Origin: Eledone cirrhosa
Lineage: Eukaryota
Direction: 5' to 3'
Assembly: GCA_964016885.1 (NCBI GenBank)
Contig: OZ024756.1
Coordinates: 17,856,001 to 17,920,000, forward strand
DNA length: 64,000 nt
A program made the position numbers and the translations under genes. The notes beneath the pieces were generated by a model. It worked only from the letters and a program-made list of their open reading frames with translations, had not been told where the DNA came from and did no database searches. Below, one piece after another: positions 1-14,165 of this stretch; positions within the stretch are counted from its first letter, which is position 1; every line of letters begins with the position of its first letter.

Positions 1-106
1 TTGAGTCATTTCTATGTTTAGATATTATTTTAATTTCTATGTTGTCTATAGTACCATCATGTCTTAGTCTGGCATGTTCATATAGTACCAAACCATCTTT
101 GGCATT

Positions 107-322
107 TTAACCCTTTAGCATTTACATTGTCCGTATCCAGTCAGAATTCTCTCACCTCTTTCTGTTCAAACTGGCTGTAACCGGCCACTCATACTTATGT
201 TAAGGTATTATTCTCCAAATAAATAATATCAAAATCTTATATATTCGATATTAAGTGAGATAAATCCTTTACTACTAAAATACAATAATAAATATTGAAT
301 AATGTAAATGTTAAAGGGTTAA
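107..322. mobile_element. piggyBac-type MITE
   Basis: TTAA|CCCTTTAGCATTTACATT...AATGTAAATGTTAAAGGG|TTAA. Further copies at ~888-1095, 3587-3815, ~27060-27167 (partial), 30909-31137 and 53906-54121. Confidence 0.8.
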
Positions 323-667
323 ACTTGTCAGAGTCCATCTCCTCTCCAGGTCTGAACATAGCTGATTTCTGAGTGAGAGAGGGAGAAGAATCAACTCCAA
401 TATTGAACTGATTTTGTTTTTTATTTATTAACCTCAAAATGGTGTAAGATAAAATTGATCTTGACTGGATTTGAACCCAGAACATTATGTGTTAAAACAT
501 ACTGCAAAGCAATCTATCTGACGTTTTAACAACTCTACATATTCACCACATTTTGCTTTGATCATAGGTCTTCTGAATGAATGCTGACCTAGGGTTAAAC
601 AACAATCTGAAAAATTCAGTTATAAGTTTCAATAATAACAAAAATTAGTGAAAAAAAAACAACTTAC

Positions 668-778
668 ATATATCACATTTTTCTCCATGGTATGGACCTA
701 CACATTCGCATTGTGCATGGTTGTTTATGACAACACATCTACCCCCATTAACACAAGGGTTTTGGTAACATTTGTCCC
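668..778 (-). CDS. CTLD-EGF gene exon 7, EGF repeat 3 (gene continues beyond the window)
   Basis: ttttag acceptor and gtaagt donor; 111 nt, phase 1-1; DKCYQNPCVNGGRCVVINNHAQCECVGPYHGEKCDI. Confidence 0.9.
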
Positions 779-1469
779 CTAAAACAACGAAAAAAATAAC
801 AATAATTTATAATTAATGTAAATTTCAATTAATTAATGAAGAATTTTGAGGGATTAATTCAAATTATTTCACTACTAAGATAGTAAATTAACCCTTTAAT
901 GTTCAAACCAGCCAAAACCGGCCAGAATTCTCTACCTCTTTCTGTTGAAACTGGCTGTAACTGGTCGCTCAAACTGATGTTAAGGTATTGTTCTCAAAAT
1001 AAATACTTTCAAAATCTCATAAATTCGATATTATGTGAGATATTATGTGAGGTAAAGCCTTTACCATGAAAATATAATAGTAAATATAGAGAAATGTGAT
1101 AAATAAAACTATATTTGAAGATTTTAATGTAAATAGGAACTCTTTATACTATTTTCATAGCACCAGAGCCAGTTTTGATGGAGTTGATATCAAAAGAGTT
1201 AATTGTTTATGCCTTCTTATAACTCTACAGTGTCTAATTATCACCTAAAGTTCTGTGGTCTTTTATTCATAACTAAAATATTATTCTAAACATTCGAAGG
1301 CAATGACACAGGACTGAGATCTCTGGCATTACGCAGTAATACAGAAGACCCGAATTCCCACGAGCACAGGCCGTCGCAGAAGCATATATATAGCATGCAA
1401 CACTCCTCCCCACATACTCCCATACATTTTCAATGAGGACAAGCTGAAGTATATATCCAGTGAAACCTC

Positions 1470-1715
1470 CAGCCCACACTATAAAGTGGTCATGTTGGCG
1501 ACAAAACAAAAAGTGCCCAGTCAACACTATAAAGTGGTCATGTAGGTGACACAACAAAAAGTGCCCAGCTCACAATGTAAAGTGGTCATGTTGGTGACAC
1601 AACAAAAAGTGCCCAGTCAACACTGTAAAGTGTCATGTAGGTGACACAACAAAAAATGCTGAGTCAATACTGTAAAGTGGTTGTATAGGTGACACAACAA
1701 AAAGTGCCCAGCACA
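1470..1715 (+). repeat. ~47-bp tandem module within an RTE-type 3' UTR remnant
   Basis: cactgtaaagtggtcatgtaggtgacacaacaaaaagtgcccagt x5; related arrays on the minus strand at ~30470-30900 and 55430-55550. Confidence 0.75.
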
Positions 1716-2283
1716 CAGTGTCAGGAAGGGCATCCAGCCATAGAAACCAAGCCAAAATCAGCCCTGCTTGAGCGAAACAGATCTCTCACAATGGCACAGC
1801 CTGTCCTACCCATGCTAGCATTGAAAATGGACATTAAATGATGATGATGATGATGATATATATATATATATATATGAATAAAGTCTGTCTCTAATACAAT
1901 TTTTGTTTCATTTAATCACCATCACAATTGTCGTCATTATCATCATCACCCTCATCATCATCACCATCATCATCATCATCACCCTCATCATCACCACCAT
2001 CATCATCACCATCACCATCATCACCCTCATCATCATCACCATCATCATCACCCTCATCATCATCATTATCATTTTTACATTCACACTTTTCCATGCTGGT
2101 GTAGGTTGGATGAGACATTTTGAGACAGTGTTTTATATTCTGATGCCCTTCCTGATGCCAACCATTTTCTGTCCTTCCTTATGACACACAGTGATATGGA
2201 ATCCTATTCTAAGACTGAGATACTCAGGAATGGGTTCCATGACAAAATAAATTTGGGAACCAATTTGTATAATATATTAATAA

Positions 2284-2936
2284 TAATTGTTTCTACATTT
2301 GGCACAAGGCCAGCAATTATCCCAGTGCATTACTGGTACTTTATTTTATCGACCCCTTTAGGATGAAAGGCAAAATCAACCTCGGCGGGATTTGAACTCA
2401 GACCATAAAGGGCCGTAACTCTATGCTGCAAAGCATGGCGTCTGACCCTCTACCGATACTGCCAATCCACCACCCTAATATATTAATAATATATTAATAA
2501 GAATGGCTTCTGATACAGGCACAAGGCCAGCAATATTTTTGGTAAGTCGATCAAATCAACCCCAGTGTGTTACTGGTACTTTATTATTTTATCAACCCCC
2601 GTAAGGATGAAAGGCAAAGCTAACCACGGCAGGATTTGAACTCAGGGCGTAAAGGGACATAACTCCATGCTGCAAAGCATATTGTCCGATGCTCTACCAA
2701 TTACTGGCAATCCACAACCTTCACAAAATATATATTAAAATAATTGTTTCTACTTTAGGCACAAGGCCAGCAATTACCTTAGTGCATTACTGGCACTTTA
2801 TTATTTTATCAACTCCGTAAGGATGAAAGACAAAGCTAACCATGGTAGGATTTGAACTGGGAACGCAAAGGGCCGTAACTTTATGCCGCAAAGCATATTG
2901 TTCGACACTCTACCGGTACTGCCAAAACACTGCCCT
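2284..2936 (-). mobile_element. Three tandem tRNA-derived SINEs (family 2, octopus OR/Meta-like)
   Basis: Minus strand GGTGGATTGGCAGTATCGGTAGAG...GAGTTCAAATCCCGCCGAGGTTGA.TTTGCCTTTCATCC...GGGTCGATAAAATAAAGTACCAG. About 25 copies in the window, e.g. 4415, 15895, 35205, 38718, 59157(+), 60580 and 61863(+). Confidence 0.8.
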
Positions 2937-2970
2937 TATATATTAAAATAATACAAGATAAAATACTTAC

Positions 2971-3081
2971 GCGTCTCGCAGAATTGACCAAAAAAGCTAT
3001 TAGGACACGCACAAATGAATTCGTAACCCTGAGGCTTGCATGTTCCACCATTTTGACAGGGCCTGCTGTGGCATACAGAAA
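2971..3081 (-). CDS. CTLD-EGF gene exon 6, EGF repeat 2
   Basis: tttcag acceptor and gtaagt donor; 111 nt, phase 1-1; [36 protein letters not shown]. Confidence 0.9.
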
Positions 3082-3164
3082 CTGAAATATAAAGATATCA
3101 TAACCATTTTGTACTTGCTGGTTCTTACAACCTATATCATGGGTGATAACCTATAGCGCATGAG

Positions 3165-3450
3165 CCTTACCTGGGACATGGGCCCTAACAGGGACATAGA
3201 CCCTAGGTGACACATGAACTCTAGCTGGGACATGGAGCCTAGATGTCACAAGGGCCCCAAATGACACATGGACACTACGTGAGACACGAACCCTGGCTGA
3301 CCCATGGACCCTAACTGACACATGAACCCTGGTGACACATGGACCCTAACTGACACATGAACCCTGGCTGACACATGGACCCTAACTGACACACAAACCC
3401 TGGTGACACATGGACCATAACTGACACAAAGATCCTAGGTAACACATGGA
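3165..3450. repeat. Degenerate ~19-20-bp tandem repeat
   Basis: Recurrent gacacatggaccctaact / gacacatgaaccctggt. Confidence 0.8.
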
Positions 3451-3586
3451 AATATTGTATTGGCATGAGGAGATGTAATTTTTTTTGTTTGTGATTTCAT
3501 AAATAAATAAAGCAAGAAACTCACACAACTTTTAATTTAACTACAATCACCACAGAGGTGGATATATGGACTCAGTGATACTCCGT

Positions 3587-3815
3587 TTAACCCTTTAGCA
3601 TTTAAACTAGTCGTATCTGGCCAGAATTCTCTCACTTCTTTCTGTTCAAACTGGCTGTAACTGATTACTCATACTGACGTTAAGGTATTGTTCTCAAAAT
3701 AAATAACATCAAAATCTCATAGATTCGATATTATGTGATATAATTATGTAAGGTAAAGCCTTCATCACAAAAATACAATAGTATATATAGAGTAATGTAA
3801 ATGCTAAAGGGTTAA
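3587..3815. mobile_element. piggyBac-type MITE
   Basis: TTAA TSD and CCCTTTAGCATTTA terminal inverted repeats. Confidence 0.85.
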
Positions 3816-4650
3816 AAAACAATGTTTGTTAGTAACAACTGACCATCTGATGGTGAAGGTGGTGACAATATATCTATTATTTTGACCTCTTAGTTTACAA
3901 GAACTGTCTGTCATCACAGACTGTAAATACTGGCCATCTGGTGGTCAAGGTGATGACAATAGGTGTATTACCTCTTAGTTTACAGGTATTGTCTGTTATT
4001 AACAGTGTCATCACAGGCTCTATTATACCCTTGAGCAAGAAACTTAATTCATGTTACTCCAGTTCATTCAGCTAAAAATAAAATGAATCCCAGCAGCAGC
4101 TGGGGGTAAATTCCTGATATGAACTAGCATCTATTCCAGCAGGAAATAATTTCCTAATAGGAACGGGAACTCTATCATAAAAATAAAAAAGAGAAACCTA
4201 TGAGATACAGCCCCATAGAAGGCCAGCTAAACCTACATAGGTGGGAGCAACATGATAGGACTGGGATCCTAATCATTAGAAAACCCTAGAAACCTTTTAT
4301 GAGAATCAATCTCATAAGAGGCCAGCTGAATGTACATAGATTGGAGCTGCAGAAAATGTATAATGGTTGGAATGTTCAGGAAATGAACACAAATGTATTA
4401 ACATAGACTGAATAATTATTTCTACTTTGGGCACAAGGTCAGCAATTACTGGTGCTTTATTTTATCAACCCTGTAAGGATGAAAGGCAAAGTTAACCTCA
4501 ACGGGATTTGAACTGAGAACGTAAAGGGCCGTAACTTTATGCTGCAAAATATGGTGTCCAAACCTCTACCGATACTGCCAATCCACTGCAACATACACTG
4601 AATAATGTTAATTAAGTTTGAGCATTAATAAAACAAAATAAATTACTTAC

Positions 4651-4761
4651 CTTTATTACAATTAAGGCCTGTACGATTTTCTTTACAGTTACAGATGTAC
4701 CTAATACCTTGTGGAATACATTCACCATCATAAAAACATGGGTTTGGTCGGCATGGGCTAG
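4651..4761 (-). CDS. CTLD-EGF gene exon 5, EGF repeat 1
   Basis: cttccag acceptor and gtaagt donor; 111 nt, phase 1-1; SPCRPNPCFYDGECIPQGIRYICNCKENRTGLNCNK with six-Cys EGF spacing. Confidence 0.9.
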
Positions 4762-4895
4762 CTGGAAGAAAAACAATAGTAACCCGTATTTATGTTAAGT
4801 TATGGGAATTGTGGAAACATTATTTTATGCAATAAATTTTGTTTATTTTCATACTATCTTTGCTCATTGGACCATCCATAGATTATTTACTTCCA

Positions 4896-7009
4896 TATTG
4901 TTAACCAGGTAATACTAGAAGGGGCCATACCAAAAGATTGGTGCAGTAGCATCATTGTCAACTGCTACAAAGGTAAAGGCGATGCACTAGATAGAGGAAA
5001 CTATAGAGGTATAAAGTTGATGGACCAGGTCATGAAAGTAACAGAAAGAGTTATAGCACAGTTGATTAGGGACCGGGTGAAAATAGACGAGATGCAATTT
5101 GGGTTTGTACCAGGAAGAGGCATCACTGATGCCCTCTTCCTTGTGAGGCAATTACAGGAAAAGTACCTAGCTAAAAGTAAGCCACTCTACTTGGCATTTG
5201 TCGACCTTGAGAAAGCCTTTGACAGAGTTCCATGTGCTGTAATCTGGTGGGCTCTTAGAAAACTAGGAGTAGATGAATGGCTTGTGAAAGCAGTACAAGC
5301 CATGTATAGGGGAGCAGTCAGCAAAGTTAGGATTAGCAATGAGTATAGCGAGGAATTTAGCGTACAGGTTGGGGTCCACCAGGGCTCTGTTCTTAGCCCC
5401 CTCCTGTTCATCATAGTCCTGCAGGCAATAACGGAGGAGTTTAAGACCGGATGCCCATGGGAACTCCTGTATGCTGATCACCTCACACTCATAGCTGAAT
5501 CTATGGTAGAACTAGAGAATAAATTCCAAACTTGGAAGCAGGGACTAGAAAGAAAGGGTCTCAAAATCAACATGACAAAGACTAAGGTCCTTGTAAGTAG
5601 ACGAGAAAACAGAACCCAGATCCCCTCAGGGAAATGGCCTTGCTCAGTATATAGGAAAGGTGTAGGTAGGAACTCCATTCTCTGCCCCAAATGCAAACAA
5701 TGGGTACACAAGAGATGTAGCGAGTTTGGGTATGGTGTGGCGTGCGGTGGCCAGAGGCGGGGGAGTGCTCGACCGGAAGGGTCTTTTGGCCGGAAGGATG
5801 CTCGACTGGAAGGGCCAGCAGAGGGCCTCTCTCTAGTGGTGACCAGCACACGGTGTGGACGCGAGTTTTGGGCAGCTCCCGGTGTTAAGCAGTTGGACGC
5901 ACGTGGAAGAGGAGTAACCGGCAGTGGAATTTAGCGGCGCCTGTGAAAAGCGAGAGATCCGGTAAGTGAGATAGCTTTTTCTAACCACAGCGAGATCTCA
6001 GGAAGCTTAATTAAAATTGTAGGCTTCACATGCAGCAGCTGTGCTGAGACAGCAAGCAGCAAACAGCCACAGGAAACAAGTACCACCAATCTCTGGGAGG
6101 GCTCTGTAGAAACAGTAGAGAGCTTCTGCTACCTAGGTGACCAAATTAGCAGCGGAGGTGGGTGTTCAGAAAGTACAATAACTGGGGTAGGAACGGGATG
6201 GAAGAAGTTTAGGGAACTACTACCACTGCTAGCTGCAAAAGGCTTCTCCCTCAGAATGAAAGGCAGACTGTATGATGCGTGTATCCGAACAGCAATGTTG
6301 CATGGTAGTGAGACCTGGGCGCTGAAGGTGGAAGACTTACGTAGATTAGAGAGAAACGAAGCCTGCATGCTCCGATGGATGTGTAACAGTAATATACGTG
6401 AACGACAAAGCATAAATGAATTGAGAGAGAGACTGAGCATAAGAGGAATCAAATGCTGTGTGCAGGAGAGGCGGTTGTGCTGGTATGGACATGTGATGCG
6501 TATGAAGGATGACAGCTGCATAAAAAGGTGCAGAGCACTAGAAGTTGATGGAAACCGCGGAGTGGGGGGACCCAAGATGACCTGGGATGAAGTGATAAAA
6601 GCCGACCTTACCCAATTACACCTCTCAAAGGCAATGACACACGGCCGTGACTTCTGGCGTCACGCAGTAATACAGAGTACCCGACCTCCCATGGGTACAA
6701 GCTGAAGCATATAGACAATATACCCCCACACACCCCACCGCAAGGTCGTCGTGGAGGTGCCACAGCAAAAAAGCACCCAGCCCACACTGTAAAGTGGACG
6801 TGTAGGCGCCACGAAAAAGCACCCAGCACTCACTGTAAATGAGGTTGGTGTTAGGAAGGGCATCCAGCTGTAGAAATCAAGCCAAATCAGTTCCTGTATG
6901 AGCAAGGCATGGTCAGCCGACCAGACACTGCCCACAACAGGACAACCCGTCTAACCCATGCTAGCGTGGAAGAACAGGCGTAAAACGGTGATGATGATGA
7001 TGATGATGA
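4896..7009 (+). mobile_element. 5'-truncated RTE-clade LINE (RT + PHD-like finger + 3' UTR + (GAT)n tail), interrupted
   Basis: ORF 5017-5934 has QFGF, FVDLEKAFD, GVHQGSVLSPLLF and YADH. ORF 6256-6705 has HGSETW and RRLCWYGHV. Ends in gatgatgat. Highly similar to the 44130-46472 copy. Confidence 0.92.
5725..5989. mobile_element. 265-bp GC-rich insertion, probable solo LTR, 5-bp TSD GCGAG
   Basis: Absent from the sister RTE copy; flanked by GCGAG at 5720-5724 and 5990-5994; ends TTTGGGTA...TAACCACA are imperfect inverted termini. Confidence 0.6.
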
Positions 7010-7912
7010 CTGTCTTTGTTCATTGGACCATCCATAGATTATTTATTTCCATACTATCCTTGCTCATTGGACCATCCATAGATTATTTATTTCCATACTA
7101 TTTTTGCTCATTGGACCATCCATAGATTATTTACTTCCATACTATCTTTGCTCATTGGACCATCCATAAATTATTTACTTCCATACTATCTTTGCTCATT
7201 GGACCATCCCTAAATTATTTATTTCTATACTATTTTTGCTCATTGGACCATCCATAGATTATTTACTTGCATACTATCTTTGTTCATTGGACCATCCATA
7301 AATTATTTATTTCTATACTATTTTTGCTCATTGGACCATCCATAGATTATTTACTTCCATACTATCTTTGCTCATTGGACCATCCATAGATTATTTACTT
7401 CCATACTATCTTTGCTCATTGGACCATCCATAAATTATTTACTTCCATACTATCTTTGCTCATTGGACCATCCCTAAATTATTTATTTCTATACTATTTT
7501 TGCTCATTGAACCATCCATAGATTATTTACTTGCATACTATCTTTGTTCATTGGACCATCCATAAATTATTTATTTCTATACTATTTTTGCTCATTGGAC
7601 CATCCATAGATTATTTACTTCCATACTATCTTTGCTCATTGGACCATCCATAAATTATTTATTTCTATACTATTTTTGCTCATTGGACCATCCATAGATT
7701 ATTTACTTTCATACTATCTTTGTTCATTGGACCATCCATAAATTATTTATTTCCATACTATATTTGCTCATTGGACCATCCATAAATTATTTATTTCCAT
7801 ACTATCTTTGTTCATTGGACCATCCATAGATTATTTATTTCCATACTATCTTTGCTCATTGGACCATCCATAAATTATTTTTATACTATCTTTGCTCATT
7901 GGACCATCCACA
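7010..7912. repeat. 44-bp minisatellite, ~20 copies (one more unit at 4850-4895)
   Basis: Unit ccatactatctttgctcattggaccatccatagattatttactt. Confidence 0.95.
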
Positions 7913-8940
7913 GGTGACTTCATTAACATATTAGATATTTGTTTTCTTTTTAATAAGAAAACGTGGCTAGCTACTCTTCGTCAACTTTACTTCTCACACG
8001 GAGAAGTGACGCTGTGAGAGCTCTCCCACAAACCTTCACACAGTGAGGCATAGTTGATTCCAAGAGAGAAAGCGATAGAAAAGAATTGATGCCACCATTT
8101 AACTGGTATTTTATTTATCAACCATGAAATGATGGATGGGTGATCAGTTTTAACACTCTCATGACCATATTTCTAATGAAACACACTCTATTTCAATTAA
8201 TTAATTAAGCATTTTGAGGGATTTACTAAAATTATTATTTCTTTCGTTACTAAGATAGTAACTTAAGGCAAGGCTCTTATATAAAATTGTTAGATTTTAA
8301 TCTAAATAGGAACCTTCTATTTTAGTTAATTAATGAAGAATTTTGAGGAATTTACTAAAATTATTATTTCTTTCATTAGTAAGATAGTAACAATGTAAAG
8401 TTCTTATATAAAATTATGTTAAATTTTAATTTAAATAGAACCAGAGCTGGTTTTGGCCAGGTTGGTAAGTAAAGGGTTAAGTCTGTGCTGAAACTAAAGC
8501 AACTATATCATGGAAGAGTAAATTTATCTATTTTAAAAACTGAACACAAAAACTTGCATTCAGGTTTCATTTATTTTATGTTGTTAATATGTTCAGTACA
8601 CTCCAATGGAGTTGTGTCAGTGGTCAAATTTAGTGAGTGGGACATGGCCGGATATCACTGAAATTACTTCGGTGACTTTTGTAAATTAAGTATATATAGG
8701 ATAAAGGATAAAGATCCTATAACTTCCTGTGGAGTCATTGAGGCACCATCAAACAGCATGTCTAGGACACTTTTAAACTTGGCAGAGCCCAACCCTCTCC
8801 AGGTCTGAACACAGCCGATTTTTTCTATAGAGGAAGAATCGACCCCAGGGGGTTCTGGCTGTCTTAAACATTTCTCTCTACTTTTCAGCCCCTTGGATTG
8901 TGTCTACCATTATTATATTCCTTTATTAGATAAATTTCGT

Positions 8941-9000
8941 AACACCTGATGATGTCACCAGGTTCTTGCAGAGCCTGGTCATTGAAATGTGCATAGGTTT
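8941..9000 (+). ncRNA. Hammerhead-like motif, family C
   Basis: CTGATGA (8946), long stem II ACCAGGTTCT/AGAGCCTGGT, GAAA, minimal stem III ATG-TG-CAT, then A. Confidence 0.55.
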
Positions 9001-9413
9001 TATAATAAACCTTTAAGGAATTTCACCAGTCCAGCCTCCTGTCATTTTACTCAATAATAATTAACTCTGTCCTCACACCACCAACAAGATTCAACATAAA
9101 GGAAGATGGGTGAATTGCATTACGTCGAATGCTTTTTCTAATATTACATCACGGTTGACTATACAGAATGACCAGTTCTATCCAGTGGTGAACCAACAAA
9201 CCTAAATGTGTATATATATATATTTTTTACGAAGAATGAACTCTGACGTGAACTTATCTCTAAAAACCCATTCCGGGTCATGTAAGGAATGCTTTTTAGT
9301 TATTATGCCCTTGAGAAGCCCATTCGGGCGAAACGTATGTAGATGCTATTTTAAATAAACATGTTTTAACAGTCTGTTCTCCTGTATTTTACTTCTCCAC
9401 GTATATATATATT

Positions 9414-9693
9414 ATATTATTCAAAATGTTAATAAATGAAAAATATTCTCATAATCAAAATATATATTTTATTATACATATTTCAAAGGTACAAAGGTGT
9501 TTAAGTACGTTTTCATCAGACAAAATATAAGATTTGATATGCGACATACCACTACGGTTTTGATTATTCAATTCCAGTATTGGCAGTCTGATGAAAACGT
9601 ACTTAAACACCATTGTACCTTTGAAATATGTATAATAAAATATATATTTTGATTATGAGAATATTTTTCATTTATTAACATTTTGAATAATAT
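9414..9693. mobile_element. Inverted pair of family D hammerhead-bearing termini
   Basis: Arms 9414-9521 and 9586-9693 are reverse complements; each begins GTCTGATGA...GAAATATGTA; flanked by (TA)n. Confidence 0.7.
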
Positions 9694-10848
9694 TAAAGAC
9701 TCCAGGAAAATCGTCTGTCGAGTGCTTCTAATCTATTGTAAAATCGTATTCGGTGAGTAATCACCGAACCATATTAATCTTTGGTTATATATATATATAA
9801 TTAAACATCCATTTTCCCTGCTAATATATAGTTGATTACTATAAACAATAGCTTGAAAAGTTGAATAAAACTATTATTATAATGTGAACACCATTAAGAA
9901 GTCTCTTCTATGATGCAGTTGTTACATTTAAACATTTTTTAACTACTCTCTTTTGTTTATTTATTTATTTGTTTATTTATTCAATTTAAATGTTCGTATA
10001 GAGCTAGTAAGCCATGACAGGCTCGGGGAAGTATCGGGTACTCCTATAAAAATAAAAAAGAGAAAAAGGGGAAAAAATAACAAAAATAACATTTCAAATA
10101 TTGAAGGAGGCCAATGGGAGGCTGATTATGTCTAAGAAGGGAAGCTGTAAAACAGAAGTTTCTCTTGTTGAATCTTTTCGGAGCTTCCATATACTCAAAG
10201 ATTTTGTTTATATTAGGTAGACCTGTAATCAAACATATTTGGTAGACCTGAAATATATTTCGTAGACCTGTAATCAAATATATTTCGTAGACCTGTAATG
10301 AAATATTGAACTTCGAATTTTTACACTATTTTCTTTTTTCTTTTGTTCCCCATTATCCTACAAACTTTTATTAAACCTTTGTTAACTTCTTCATTGGCAC
10401 ATTTCTAATGAAAGACACTGTTATATTTAGGACGCTGAATGTTTTTTATGAATTGCTTCCCTTGACACTGTATTATATATTAAGGGGAGATTACTCTTTT
10501 GTCGCAATTTGTCATTGACAGCGTGCTGAAGATTAAAACATTTTGAAAATAATCAAGAATTTGGAAAGGTTTTGAAATATAACTAATCTTCTCGTTATTA
10601 AACTGGTGATTGGAACATAATTTGAAATATATAATTAAGTGCAAGGTTGTGAAATTATGTCGGAGAGATGTGAAACTATCCAATGAGAGACAGCTGATGA
10701 CCAAGATCTCTGTGTTGTTTTCCTTGTTTTCTTTTCCATTCCTTTATTCTCTCCATGCCTCACTGTCTTCATCCCATTAAATTTATACACACACACACTC
10801 TCACTAAAAAAAAGTGAACAGATAAAAGATTAATTTGGCAAAACTTAC

Positions 10849-11058
10849 TTTTACAGATGACAGGCAATCTAAGGTTTATACTGCATTCATATTCATAGTA
10901 CATGGAATGACTTCTCACAGTCATCATGGCATAAAGTGGTTTTGTATTGATACTTGTCCAGTTGCCTGAATTCTCACCAAAGTCTTTATTACAGGACTTC
11001 CAGATATTCTTCAAGCCTTGTCTTTCTACTCCAATCCATAACGAGTTGGTATTGAGAG
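10849..11058 (-). CDS. CTLD-EGF gene exon 4, C-terminal half of C-type lectin domain
   Basis: ctattccag acceptor and gtaagt donor; 210 nt, phase 1-1; LNTNSLWIGVERQ...GNW...YEYECSINLRLPVICK (WIG motif and terminal C-x7-VIC). Confidence 0.85.
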
Positions 11059-11233
11059 CTGGAATAGAGAGAATATAAAATATATAGCACAATGGTTTGG
11101 TCATATTTTCTTCAATATACACTTGGTGTCAATCAATGGCTAGTGAGTGAAATTTGGTAGATGGAAACTGTGCAGAAGTCCATTATATATGTGTGTGGGT
11201 CTGTGTGTGCATGTGCGTGTGTGTGTCTGTGTG

Positions 11234-11271
<38 letters not shown>

Positions 11272-11462
11272 CACACAGACACACACACGCAATGACATTC
11301 TTGATAATTTTAAATGACTGAAGCAGTTCTAGTCCTGTAGAAGTCATATATCTTATCTACCAATTTATCGAATGTCTTACTTAATTGTGGTTTCCTTCTG
11401 TTCCACTTCCAAAAACCATTTGGAATATTTTCTCTCTCTTTCTCTCTCTCTCTCACTCTCTA

Positions 11463-11520
<58 letters not shown>

Positions 11521-11565
11521 AAACTGGAATGGGAACAATTCTCTGTTTTGTTCCCATTCCATTTT

Positions 11566-12044
<479 letters not shown>

Positions 12045-12207
12045 GAGAGAGAGAGAAAGAGAGAGAAAATATTCCAAATGGTTTTGGGAAGTGGAACAGA
12101 AGGAAACCACAATTAAGTAAGACATTCGATAAATTGGTAGATAAGATATATGACTTCTACAGGACTAGAACTGCTTCAGTCATTTGAAATTATCAAGAAT
12201 GTCATTG

Positions 12208-12252
12208 CTGATGATTTCAAAAGAATGAAACAGTTCTAGTCCTGTAGAAGTC
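12208..12252 (+). ncRNA. Hammerhead core, family A (stem I 5' strand lost)
   Basis: CTGATGA T-TTC-AAAA-GAA-T GAAACAG TTCTAGTC CTGTA GAAGTC. Confidence 0.6.
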
Positions 12253-12719
12253 ATTTCTATATGAAATATATTTATATATATCTGTCTAACCCATGCTAGC
12301 ATGGAAGAATGGATGTGAAACGGTGATGAGGATGATAATATATATATATATATATATATGATGTGTTGTTTCCTTGAGCAAGGCACTTTATTTCACATTG
12401 CTCCAGTTTACTCAGCTGTAGAAATGAGATGATAGGGACTGGGGTCCAAATCATTCCACTGCAAAGTGGTCGTGGAGGTGCCACGGCAAAAAAGCACCCA
12501 GCATTCACTGTAAATGAGGTTGGTGTTAGGAAGGGCATCCAGCTGTAGAAATCAAGCCAGAATCAGTTCCCGTCCCACCCTTGCAAGCAGGAAAAAAGCG
12601 GACTTAAAATGAAATGAATGAAATGAATATATATATATACACACATATATATATATTTATTATAAGAACAGATTAAAGTTTAAGCAAAGAATCTCTGCTT
12701 TCACTCTTAACGGGATCTT

Positions 12720-12760
12720 CTGAAGATCTCATTAAGGGTGAAAGCAGAGATTCTTTGCTT
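12720..12760 (+). ncRNA. Hammerhead core, family B, at the centre of a palindrome
   Basis: CTGAAGA T-CTC-ATTAA-GGG-T GAAA GCAGAG ATT CTTTGC TT. Confidence 0.55.
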
Positions 12761-13517
12761 AAACTTTAATCTGTTCTTATAATAAATATATATATGTGTA
12801 TATATATAATCCTTATTGAGCCCGCTTCAGATTTTAGTCTTCACATTTATTATTACTATTGTTATTATATATAATAACAATTATTATATATACATATATA
12901 TATATATGTATGACCAAAGATTAATATGGTTCGTTGATTATTCATAATAAATTATGATTATTCATCATAAATTCTGGTCACTATTTTCTGCCACACTGGG
13001 TGTGCTTGGGTATGTGTAAGAGAGGGAGTGTGTGTGTGTATATGTATATGGGTGTGTGTGTCTACACGTGTGCGTACATATGTGTATGCATATAGGTGTA
13101 TGTGTCTGCGTGTGTGTGTATGTGTATTTATATGTGTGTGTGTATCTGTGGGTATATACTCGCAAGTGTGAGCAGACGTGTGAGATACCAAACCCAGCAT
13201 GACTCCATTGAAGTGTGTCGGATGAAGAGTGGCTGATGACAAGTGTGGCAGCAAATAGTGACCAGAATTTATGATGACGTAGAAAAACAACAGCCAATGG
13301 CAAGACAAAAGTGGAAGATGTTTTTCTTTAAGGTGTTTTTTGAAGCTAAAACCCCAGTAAGAAAATTTGCTCCGAAAGCATTGCATGTGTCCGAAGAACC
13401 TGCAGTTATAGAATCAGGCAGATCCATACAATGATCATGTCTCGAGCTATCTGCCAGCGAAACAATTGTAACACGCAATAAACTGAGTCTAGATGCATCA
13501 CTGATTTTTCGTTTGTT

Positions 13518-13565
<48 letters not shown>

Positions 13566-13574
13566 TTATATATA

Positions 13575-14165
13575 TCATCATCATCATCATCATCATTTTT
13601 TTACGTCCGCTTTTCCCTGCTGCTTGCAAGGGTGGGACGGGTCTTATTCAACACAGCATCTCTCCACTTGTCACGGTCCTTCGTCATCTCCACCGTGAGC
13701 TTCAGCGATCGATCTGAGGTCTGTTCTCACCACCTCCGCCCATGTTTTTCGTGGTCTACCTCTACCACGTCTTCCTTCAACTGGCATTTCCTGGCACTTC
13801 TTCACCCATCGGTCATCCTCCATGCACATCACACATCCATACCATCTCAGTCTCCTCTCTCGCACACTGCATTCTATCCCTCTCAGACACAGTTTCTCTC
13901 TCAACACATTCCCGCACCCCATCCCACTGCAAAGTGGTCGTGGAGGTGCCACGGCAAAAAAGCACCCAGCCCACACTGTAAAATGGACGTGTAGGCGTCA
14001 CGGAAAAAAAACATCCAGCACTCACTGTAAATGAGGTTGGTGTTAGGAAGGGCATCCAGCTGTAGAAATCATGCCAGAATCAGTTCCCGTATGAGCAAGA
14101 GAAGGTCAGTCAACCGGACTCTGCCAACAACAGGACAACCCATCTAACCCATGCTAGCGTGGAAG
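13575..14165 (-). mobile_element. Rearranged RTE 3' fragments in opposite orientations
   Basis: ORF 13671-13976 has RRLRWYG..M and GRGRPRKTW on the minus strand with a (CAT)n tract, fused to a plus-strand RTE 3' UTR (13925-14165). Confidence 0.75.

Noticed and set aside
5017-5934. Intact 305-aa RT protein with a novel C-terminus
   Set aside because: The C-terminus is read-through into the 265-bp insertion, and the catalytic YADD is mutated to YADH.
9306-9346. Functional hammerhead
   Set aside because: Stem II and GAAAC..GTA are good, but the core reads CTTGAGAA rather than CTGANGA. Kept only as a degenerate relative.
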